A stretch of DNA of 64,000 nucleotides from Candidatus Thorarchaeota archaeon (GTDB taxonomy: Archaea > Asgardarchaeota > Thorarchaeia > Thorarchaeales > Thorarchaeaceae): contig JAGSHN010000005.1 of NCBI GenBank assembly GCA_029855935.1, positions 96,001-160,000 on the forward strand, given 5' to 3'. Positions 37,553-45,442 of this stretch are shown here, piece after piece. A program made the translations under genes and the position numbers. How positions within the stretch are numbered: the first letter of the stretch is position 1; each line of letters starts with the position of its first letter. The notes beneath the pieces are model-generated. The model made no database searches. It was given only the letters and a program-made list of their open reading frames with translations, and had not been told where the DNA came from.

Positions 37553-38761
37553 ATGAGAATTCTCCACTTATGTGATAGTATTAATCCAGCGGGTCTCGGA
37601 GGTTACGAGTCATATCTGCGAACACTCGCGAAACGATTGACACATCTAGGCCATGAAACAATGATTGTGACTCAGACGTCAGGCAGGAATCTACCTCGAA
37701 GAGAGGAACTGCCCACGCACACAATCATCAGACTGGATGGCAATCTACTGGAGGCAAGAAAGTGGGAGTTTCTGGAGTTGCCACCTGCAGAGAGAGAGGA
37801 GGTGGTAGATGACCTCTTTGCCAGCGACGACTTGGAGAGAAATGTGGACCTGCTTGTCACCGAGCTTGACAACGTACTCGAGGAAATTCAGCCGGATGTG
37901 ATACACGCTCACAGCACCTATGTCGTGTTCAATCGCGTACTTGAAACTATGAGGGAGCATTATCACATTCAGACGCCACTGGTATTGACAGTCCACGGGC
38001 TTCCCAAGCCGTTGATACTGCCTAGCGGTGAGAACACGACCGACTATGAGCAACTTGCAACGCACTGTCCCTTCGATGTGGTGTATGGAGTCAGTAAGCA
38101 TGTGACAGCCAGCCTCGAGAAACACCTCAGATCGGACATTCGGATTGAAGCAATGTATCTCGGCGTGGACGCGGAACTCTTCAGTCCTGGAGAAGACTAT
38201 GGCAGTCGGTGGGACTTGGTATTCGCGGGGCGAATCGAGAAGGTGAAGGGAGTCGATCTGTTCCCCGATATGCTCAGGCTCCTGAGCAAGAAGAACCCCA
38301 GGATGAGTATGGCAATCACAGGTGCGGGCAGCTATGAGGAACAACTGCGCGCCGACCTTGAGAGCACTGGCACAATCGACATGGTCACATTCCTTGGTGT
38401 CGTAGACTGGGATGATGTGCCCCGAGCAATCAACTCCTCTCAGGTGTTCCTGTATCCATCGAGGAGAGAGCCATTTGGGCTCGCAATTGTAGAAGCTATG
38501 GCCTGTGAGAGAGCCGTTGTCTCATCAGACATCTTTGGCCCCACAGAGATAATCACACCTAACAAGGATGGAATGCTGGTTCGCCCAGATGACCCAAGAG
38601 TTCTTGCCGAAACCGTGTGGTGGTTGATGACACACGAACGCAAGCGTAGGATGATTGGAGCAGCAGCACGCCAGACGGTCCTCCAGCGCTTCGATATAGA
38701 TAGACACGTCAGACTGCTCCTATGTAAGTATGAGAAGATGAGAGATGGGGTGGGCAAGTGA
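37553..38761 (+). CDS. Glycosyltransferase family 4
   Basis: GG.ESY, HAH, GRIEKVKG, EPFGLAIVEAMAC. Confidence 0.9.
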   Translation: MRILHLCDSINPAGLGGYESYLRTLAKRLTHLGHETMIVTQTSGRNLPRREELPTHTIIRLDGNLLEARKWEFLELPPAEREEVVDDLFASDDLERNVDLLVTELDNVLEEIQPDVIHAHSTYVVFNRVLETMREHYHIQTPLVLTVHGLPKPLILPSGENTTDYEQLATHCPFDVVYGVSKHVTASLEKHLRSDIRIEAMYLGVDAELFSPGEDYGSRWDLVFAGRIEKVKGVDLFPDMLRLLSKKNPRMSMAITGAGSYEEQLRADLESTGTIDMVTFLGVVDWDDVPRAINSSQVFLYPSRREPFGLAIVEAMACERAVVSSDIFGPTEIITPNKDGMLVRPDDPRVLAETVWWLMTHERKRRMIGAAARQTVLQRFDIDRHVRLLLCKYEKMRDGVGK

Positions 38762-38807
38762 GGGGCGAGATCCCCTCACTCGCGGGGCTAGAGGTCTTGA
38801 TGTTGGC

Positions 38808-39467
38808 TTATATTCGCTTCTTGCAGAAGAACCAGTCAGCGCAGTCATATCCTTCTCTCAGCCGCTTCTCAGCCTCTTCCGCGGTCTGGGGAGGAGGAAC
38901 AATGACTTCATCGCCGGGCTGCCAGTTCGCAGGAGTCGCGACACCGTACTTGTCGGACACCTGGAATGCGTCTATGGCCCGGAGAATCTCCTGCATATTG
39001 CGACCATTGCTGAGGGGGTAGTAAATCAATGCCCTCAGCTTGAACTCAGGATCTATGAAGAAGACGGCACGCACAGCCGCTGTTGAGCTCTGGGCGGGAT
39101 GTATCATTCCGTACTTTCGGGCGACATTCATACTGAGGTCCTCGATTATGGGGAATGGGATGTCTTTGCCCAGCTTCTCGCGAATTGTGCGTGTCCAGGC
39201 GATATGGGAATAGATGCTGTCAATGCTGAGGCCAATGAGCTTCACATTTCGTTTTCGAAGCTCGTCATAGATATCAGCGAAAGCCATGAACTCTGTCGTG
39301 CAGACTGGTGTGAAGTCAGCAGGATGAGAGAAGAGTATGACCCAGCTGCCCTTCGCCCATTCTGAGAACTTGATTCGACCATGGGTTGTGTTCGCCTCGA
39401 AGTCAGGAACCTCTTCGCCTATCAGTAGCATTCTTCTTTCCGATTCTTGTGATTCCATGAGTCTCAC
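38808..39467 (-). CDS. Peroxiredoxin (Prx6 / archaeal thermophile type)
   Basis: [28 protein letters not shown]-terminal CADWFFC. Confidence 0.95.
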   Translation of the reverse strand: MRLMESQESERRMLLIGEEVPDFEANTTHGRIKFSEWAKGSWVILFSHPADFTPVCTTEFMAFADIYDELRKRNVKLIGLSIDSIYSHIAWTRTIREKLGKDIPFPIIEDLSMNVARKYGMIHPAQSSTAAVRAVFFIDPEFKLRALIYYPLSNGRNMQEILRAIDAFQVSDKYGVATPANWQPGDEVIVPPPQTAEEAEKRLREGYDCADWFFCKKRI

Positions 39468-39472
39468 CTTGT

Positions 39473-39519
39473 AGGGAATATTGATTACAATTCCCTGGAT
39501 TAATTTAGAATCATTCGTA
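39473..39519. promoter_or_regulatory. Candidate Fur/PerR operator in the AT-rich divergent prx-fur promoter
   Basis: Inverted repeat AGGGAAT(39473)-N10-ATTCCCT(39496) and 7-1-7-like TTAGAATcATTCGTA (39505-39519). Confidence 0.45.
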
Positions 39520-39593
39520 TTTAAGGGTTATTATGTATAAAAACGCCATTAAAAGAAGAGTTTTATTGATTCGTGTGTCAGTCAATTGTGACA

Positions 39594-40055
39594 ATGAGGC
39601 TCACGAGGAAAGAGATTGCAGAGATGATTAGAAGTAGAGGCTATCGAGCCACACCTCAGAGGGTGGCCATTTACGAGGCCGTGTGGAGAGCAGGCTCTCA
39701 CCCGACAGTGGCCGAGATCTACGAGTATGCCACGAAGAGCGATCCGTCGATAAGCCTCGCGACCGTATACAACACTCTGCATCTGCTTGAGGAGATAGGG
39801 CTCGTCCAAGAGCTGAGTGCAAGGGACGGGTCTGCTAGGTACGACCCCGACGTCCATTTCCATATCAACATAGTCTGTCGGTCGTGTGGAAAAGTCGTTG
39901 ACTACGAGTACAAACCACTCGACAAGCTTGCGAAGGACATACAGGAGGTAACTGGATTCGGAATCACCGTACCTGTGTTTGAGGTAAAGGGACTATGTAG
40001 TGACTGTAGAGCGGAAAATCAAGAGACGGCGATAGCCTCAGTCAGAGAGATGTAG
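39594..40055 (+). CDS. Fur/PerR family regulator
   Basis: RATPQR, HPT, SLATVYNTL, RYD...HFH..CRSC, GLCSDC. Confidence 0.92.
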   Translation: MRLTRKEIAEMIRSRGYRATPQRVAIYEAVWRAGSHPTVAEIYEYATKSDPSISLATVYNTLHLLEEIGLVQELSARDGSARYDPDVHFHINIVCRSCGKVVDYEYKPLDKLAKDIQEVTGFGITVPVFEVKGLCSDCRAENQETAIASVREM

Positions 40056-40294
40056 CTCCGTTGCACACTTGGACATCACCATTCTCTTCTCAATGTATGA
40101 CCAAAGATGGGAGCGATTGAAAGGAGGCAGACGTATCCGCAGTTCCCCACTCGAAGCTGCCCCCCAGTGGCAGTGACTAGATTGGGCGCATACAAATGCT
40201 ACAGCAGTCCAGGCTGTCGGAGGATATGAGAACACTCTCGAACGCAATGCACTTGCGTCAACTCGCGACTGGAGATCAACAAGAAGAGAGATAA

Positions 40295-40395
40295 TGGCGG
40301 GCCAGGAGGGATTCGAACCCTCGACCAACAGGTGACTCCACTCCCGTATCGGGAACTTAAGAGCCTGTCGCTATACCTGGCTTAGCCACTGGCCC
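40295..40395 (-). tRNA. tRNA-Lys(CUU) with 24-nt canonical 37/38 intron (40334-40357)
   Basis: GGGCCAG acceptor, ACAGG-CTCTTA|intron|A-CCTGT, BHB helix CTCT/GGAG, GCCA end. Confidence 0.95.
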
Positions 40396-40443
40396 CTGCA
40401 CTTGGATGGCGGTCGTTCAATTTATAGAGATTGCGGTGAGAAC

Positions 40444-41440
40444 GGCTCTGTGGAAAAAGTCGATGACGTAATACAAAGTGATGTGACCAGACTGACTGTA
40501 TCTCACAATCTATGTCCTACTACAGATCATACGGTACAGCCAAGTCTCGTCACACTCTATTCTTGCTTGAGGAACTTATCAAGCTTAGTGTTATGGTACC
40601 GACTCGAAGTTCCAACTTTGGCAGACCCCCAGACTCTCCACTCCCCGTCCTCTTTGTTCTTCTGGGTCTCAAGTTCGACTCAGGTCTCAGTTATCGGGAC
40701 TTTGTTGCTTGGCTCTCTCTCACCACTGCTCCTCCAACGACTTGGTCTTGAGCGTCCGCCCTCCTACTCACTTCTTCAGAAGACACTGAAGCGACTGGAC
40801 ACCCGCCTCCTCCACAGGATGTATCGGCTCCTCGCTCGGAGACACCCTCCGCCCAGAGACGTCGCAGTGGACTCCACAGGCTTCTCCCACTCCACCGGTG
40901 GGGAATGGATGGCCGTCCGGTTCAAAAAGACCCGCAGACGGCGATCTACGGCGCTTCACGCGATTGTGGACACCGACACCCTGATGATCCACGGGGCCAG
41001 GGTGAAGACGCGACCCGGCGGTGATGCAAGAGAGTTGATCCCACTCCTGAGGAGTGTACCTCATCAGCGTCTCGAGACCGTCTACGGGGACAAGGCCTAC
41101 ATCTCACGAGAGAACGTACAGGCCATCCATGATCTGGGGGCCTATCCGTGTATCGAACCGAGGAGGGGGATGAGAGCCAGGTCCATAGGATACCGTGGCT
41201 ACAGGGAGTTGATCAGCGAATATAGACGAGATCCCGAGGGCTGGAAGAAGAGACACGACTATGGGAGGCGAGGCCTGGTGGAGACCGTATTTGGGATGAT
41301 GAGGGTGAGATTCACCGGGGGCCTGAGTTCAAGAAGACAGAGAGAACAGCGAAGAGAGTTGTTGATCAGAGTGATTCTGCACAACATAGAACGCCTGAAC
41401 ATTCTGGAGTGTGCCGGGAGGTGACTTTTTCCACAGGGCC
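40444..41440 (+). mobile_element. Complete IS5-family insertion sequence (997 bp)
   Basis: TIRs GGCTCTGTGGAAAAAGTC (40444-40461) and GACTTTTTCCACAGGGCC (41423-41440) match 17/18. Perfect 9-bp TSD GGTGAGAAC at 40435-40443 and 41441-41449. Confidence 0.95.
40512..41424 (+). pseudogene. IS5-family DDE transposase split by a frameshift at a CT repeat (~40713-40721)
   Basis: N-terminal half (…LSYRDFVAWL) and the DDE core (VDSTGF, GDKAY, Y.RR.LVE.VF) are in different frames. Confidence 0.85.
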
Positions 41441-41575
41441 GGTGAGAACTGTATCGTGGGAGCCTTGTGCACTGGTGGAACCTCTCGTTATTGTGTGCTG
41501 ATAGGACTGGGCATATGACGGAAGTCATATAACGGGGTTGCAATCATCGGCCGAATAGACGGTACGCGCAAGGGA

Positions 41576-42907
41576 GTGCCCAAAGTGACTGAGCACAAAG
41601 AATTGTATGACCGAGTATTTGGGCTCATTGAGAAACACGACCAATGGATGCACAACACAATCAATCTCATAGCATCGGAGAACGTTTCGTCGCCAGCGGT
41701 CAGGTCGGCCATTGTATGCGATTTTCGTGATAGATACGCAGAAGGATGGCCGGGCGAGAGAGTCTATGCGGGCTGCAGATACATTGACGAAGTGGAGCTC
41801 GTCTGCATAGACCTAGCGAAGAAGCTCTTCAGAGCCGAGTTCGCCGATGTTCGACCCGTGTCAGGAGTCGTGGCCAATCTGATGATGTACACGGCGTTCA
41901 TGGCGCCAGGCGACAGAATGATGGCATTGTCGATTGCACACGGGGGTCATATCTCCCACGCCAGGGGTAGTCTTGGTGGGACAGCAGGGGCAGTCCGTGG
42001 GCATAAGGTTCAGAACTGGGTGTTCGATGAAGCGGAATTCAACATCGATGTTGATGCCAGCATGAAGAAGATCAGGGGCCTCTTTCAGGATGGCAAGGAG
42101 GTCAAGTTTCTTCTCTTTGGCGGCAGTGTCTTCCTATTTCCGCACCCAGTCAAGGAGTTTCGTGATATAGCAGACGAGTACGGAATGCACATAGGATATG
42201 ACTCAGCTCATGTGTCGGGACTCATAGCAGGAGGAAAGTTCCAAGACCCCTTGAGAGAGGGCGCTGACGTTGTCACTGCATCGACACACAAGACCCTGCC
42301 CGGGCCGCAGCACGGAATTGTCCTCAGCAGGGAGGAATTCGCCGAGGCCATTAAGAGAGCAGCCTTCCCAGGGCTGATGAGCAATCATCATCTCCATAAC
42401 GTCGCAGGACTGGCCGTCGCACTCGCAGAGATGATGGAGTTCGGCAAGGACTACACTGCGCAGATATTGAAGAACGCTAGGGCTCTCGGTCAGGCACTGC
42501 ATGAGAGAGGTTGGAAGGTCGTAGCAGAGCACAAGGGATTCACGGAGTCCCATCAGATCCTAGTGGACATATCCGAGACACCGATGAAAGACGGGCGTAC
42601 GGTAGAGGAACAGCTCGAGCGCGCGAACATCGTCATCAACAGGAACCTATTGCCTTGGGATAAGAAGAGAGGACGAGACTACAAGAGACCAGGTGGAATC
42701 CGACTCGGGACAAGTGAGATGACGCGACTTGGAATGCGTAAGTCCGAGATGGAGGCGATTGCGGAGTTCATGACACGAGTCGTAATGCGTGGAGAGGATG
42801 TCACCAAGGTCGCAAAGGATGTTGCAGAGTTCCGGAAGGACTACCAGAGGGTGCACTACGCCTTTGATACAGAAACGCCCGCATATCAGCACCTGCGCTT
42901 CAAGTGA
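41576..42907 (+). CDS. glyA: Serine hydroxymethyltransferase
   Basis: LIASEN, YAEG, GGHISH, YDSAH, STHKTLPGPQ, GIRLGT. Confidence 0.96.
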   Translation: MPKVTEHKELYDRVFGLIEKHDQWMHNTINLIASENVSSPAVRSAIVCDFRDRYAEGWPGERVYAGCRYIDEVELVCIDLAKKLFRAEFADVRPVSGVVANLMMYTAFMAPGDRMMALSIAHGGHISHARGSLGGTAGAVRGHKVQNWVFDEAEFNIDVDASMKKIRGLFQDGKEVKFLLFGGSVFLFPHPVKEFRDIADEYGMHIGYDSAHVSGLIAGGKFQDPLREGADVVTASTHKTLPGPQHGIVLSREEFAEAIKRAAFPGLMSNHHLHNVAGLAVALAEMMEFGKDYTAQILKNARALGQALHERGWKVVAEHKGFTESHQILVDISETPMKDGRTVEEQLERANIVINRNLLPWDKKRGRDYKRPGGIRLGTSEMTRLGMRKSEMEAIAEFMTRVVMRGEDVTKVAKDVAEFRKDYQRVHYAFDTETPAYQHLRFK

Positions 42908-43245
42908 TATCTCTGAGTCAGGACCGACCCCCAGAGAGAGGGATCCCTGTGGAAATTAGAGACGCCCAAGAGATGATGCGTAGAATATACTATGAGAGGG
43001 ACAGAGCACGTGGTATTGAACGCACCATGTTGAGGACGTTTCAGGAGCTCGGCGAGCTGAGCGACGCGATACTGAGAAAGTCGTCTCACGAGGAATTGGA
43101 GGCAGAGATGGCTGATGTCTTCGCGTGGCTCTGTTCCCTCGCAAATTTGATGGACATTGACCTAGGAGAAGTCCTCAGTCGGAAATATCCTAACTCGTGC
43201 TCTCGCTGTGGAAAATCACCCTGTGTCTGCAAGAACGAACCATAG
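42904..43245 (+). CDS. MazG-like nucleotide pyrophosphohydrolase
   Basis: ELGEL...E.ADVFAWL.SLAN, KYP..C..C...PC.C. Confidence 0.88.
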   Translation: MISLSQDRPPERGIPVEIRDAQEMMRRIYYERDRARGIERTMLRTFQELGELSDAILRKSSHEELEAEMADVFAWLCSLANLMDIDLGEVLSRKYPNSCSRCGKSPCVCKNEP

Positions 43246-43335
43246 TCCGGCGCCGATGCTATGACTGGATGATACATGCTTGGAAAGGGTTAAAAGTAGA
43301 GGGAGGAGAGAGCCGTAGGCACGGAGGCCAATCTG

Positions 43336-43518
43336 ATGCCGAAGAGCAGCAAGAAGAGAAAGCGGAAGAAGGGCGAGGGCCCCATGCCCTCAGGCGGGGC
43401 GGGTCTGATCCGATTCTTTGAGGACGAGACCCCAGGAATCAAGATTGGCCCGACGCTCGTGGTTGTGTTCGCCGCGATTCTCATTATCGCGACAGTACTT
43501 GGTCATCTGTCCCCCTAG
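43336..43518 (+). CDS. Preprotein translocase subunit Sec61beta
   Basis: Basic N-terminus, GAGLIRFFEDETPGIKIGP, then one TM helix. Confidence 0.92.
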   Translation: MPKSSKKRKRKKGEGPMPSGGAGLIRFFEDETPGIKIGPTLVVVFAAILIIATVLGHLSP

Positions 43519-43593
43519 TCCAAGCGACCCACGCCCCAAGAATTATAAAGAATCCAGTGACGGACCATTCGCTCTTGATGTGGTGAAACGTCA

Positions 43594-43875
43594 ATGAAGA
43601 TGCGTGCTACAATTAACCGATACTGTCCCAGATGCAGGACATACACTGAACACGCCGTTTCGCTCTACAAAAAGGGGAAGGATAGATCGAGAGCACAGGG
43701 CGCCAGAAGGATGGCGCGTAAGACAAAGGGGTATGGCTCTTTTCCGAAGCCCATTCAGAAGAGGTTTGCCAAGACGACGAAAAAAGTCATGCTCAAGTAC
43801 AAGTGCAAAGAGTGCGGATATATTGTCCAGTCCAGGGGAATGAGACTGAAGAAGATAGAGATTCAGCGTACGTAG
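43594..43875 (+). CDS. rpl44e: 50S ribosomal protein L44e (eL42)
   Basis: YCPRCRTYTEH, G.RR...K.KGYG, K.TKK, CKECG. Confidence 0.95.
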   Translation: MKMRATINRYCPRCRTYTEHAVSLYKKGKDRSRAQGARRMARKTKGYGSFPKPIQKRFAKTTKKVMLKYKCKECGYIVQSRGMRLKKIEIQRT

Positions 43876-44077
43876 CCCCTGCCGTCAACTCTGTGGAACT
43901 GGACCACAGGACATAGCGTAACGTGTCAGTCGCAGACTAAGGATTCTCGCTCGCTGATGTCGACTGGCTGCTGGTGATAGAGATACAGTTATAATGGCAC
44001 CCATTCGCACTGGGTGTAGACCTCCGGACGGGCCTCGTTCTACGTTGAGGCAATACACGAGTCAAGTGGTGATAGAG

Positions 44078-44278
44078 TTGACAAAGAAGGAGATAGTTGA
44101 GCAGCCGCGATCGCGGTTTCTACGAGTTCAATGTCTCGACTGCGAGAATGAGCAGATCATCTTCGACCATGCCACAACAGAGGTGAAATGCCTTAAGTGC
44201 GGGAAGGTGCTTGCCAAACCCGCGGGCGGTAAGGCCAAGCTTCAGCCCATAGCCAGAGAGATCGAAGTCCTTCCATAG
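44078..44278 (+). CDS. rps27e: 30S ribosomal protein S27e
   Basis: PRSRFLRVQCLDC.NEQ.IF.H....V.C..CG..L..P.GGKA; TTG start after GGTGA. Confidence 0.95.
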   Translation: MTKKEIVEQPRSRFLRVQCLDCENEQIIFDHATTEVKCLKCGKVLAKPAGGKAKLQPIAREIEVLP

Positions 44279-44314
44279 GAGAATGGGTACACTCCCGGCG
44301 GGAGGCGTCATACG

Positions 44315-45109
44315 ATGGTCCGAAAGCGAGCAGAATGGCCCCAACCAGATGAGTACGTAATCGCGATTGCTACAAAGGTAGCACCCTATGGTGCATATGT
44401 CGTATTGCCAGAGTACGGAAACAAAGAGGGGTTCATACATATATCAGAAGTCAGCAGCACGTGGGTACGAAATATTAGGAACCATATTCATGAGGGGTCG
44501 AGGGTCATCGTCAAAGTACTCCAAGTCGATCCGCAGAGAGGGCATATCGACTGCTCGCTTCGCAGGGTTTCGAACGAGGCCAAGAGAAAGAAGAACAGCG
44601 AATGGAAGAGGGCCCAGAAGGCAGAAAAGCTATTGGAGTTTATTGCCAAAGAAAACAACATGACCCTTGAGGAAGTGTATGAGAAGATTGGCTGGCCGCT
44701 TGAGGACTACTACGGGGAGATATACAAGGGCCTTGAACGAGCAGCTGACATCGGTATGGAGGCCCTCGAGGACATAGATGCGCCCAAGGAGCTCAAGGAG
44801 CAACTTGTGGCACTGGCGAAGGCAAGGATAGAGATACCATCTGTTGAGATAGACGGAGAGATGACCGTCTTCGTTCCGGGACCCAATGGGGTTGAGGTCA
44901 TAAGAGAAGCGCTGACAAGGGGCCTAGAGATTGGTAAGCAGTACCAAAAGACCGACGTGGAGATCTATACACTCGGTGCCCCCCGCTACAAGCTTCGGAT
45001 CACAAGCCCCGACTATAGAGAGGCCGAACAGGTGTTGTTCGAGATCATAGAGGCCGTGCAGAAGATTGTTGAGAGCAACGGTGGCACCTTTAAGTTTGCC
45101 CGAAAATAG
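44315..45109 (+). CDS. eif2a: Translation initiation factor 2 alpha subunit
   Basis: GAYV.L.EY, GFIHISEVS..WVRNIR, GHID.SLRRV, GAPRY. Confidence 0.96.
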   Translation: MVRKRAEWPQPDEYVIAIATKVAPYGAYVVLPEYGNKEGFIHISEVSSTWVRNIRNHIHEGSRVIVKVLQVDPQRGHIDCSLRRVSNEAKRKKNSEWKRAQKAEKLLEFIAKENNMTLEEVYEKIGWPLEDYYGEIYKGLERAADIGMEALEDIDAPKELKEQLVALAKARIEIPSVEIDGEMTVFVPGPNGVEVIREALTRGLEIGKQYQKTDVEIYTLGAPRYKLRITSPDYREAEQVLFEIIEAVQKIVESNGGTFKFARK

Positions 45110-45129
45110 AGCGCGAGGGGAGGGGGGCG

Positions 45130-45348
45130 TTGCCACTTCTTTTCAAGTGTGTGGAATGTGGGGAGTATACATTGGAGGAGCGGAGATGCCCCCGTTGCGG
45201 AGGGGCTGTGAGGAATCCCCACCCGGCCAAATATAGTCCACTCGACAAGTATGGGGCGTATAGACGAGCGGCCAAGAAACGGGCAAGAGCATCTGATGCG
45301 GTAGAGAATAGGCAGAGTAGCCTCAAAGGCCAGCGGCGTCCAATGTGA
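45130..45348 (+). CDS. nop10: H/ACA RNP protein Nop10
   Basis: CVECGEYTL...CPRCGG, HPAKYSP.DKYG.YR. Confidence 0.92.
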   Translation: MPLLFKCVECGEYTLEERRCPRCGGAVRNPHPAKYSPLDKYGAYRRAAKKRARASDAVENRQSSLKGQRRPM

Positions 45349-45442
45349 TACCGTTGCAGTCGCATGGGGATCAGTCTTGATTCTCAGACCGATTCATCTA
45401 GAGGAGGGACTGAGAGGAAGTTGATCGGACTCAACATTCCTC

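Noticed and set aside
40402-40712. 5' part of the 340-aa transposase ORF in the track
   Set aside because: It begins outside the IS left TIR; the true N-terminus is the 40512 frame.
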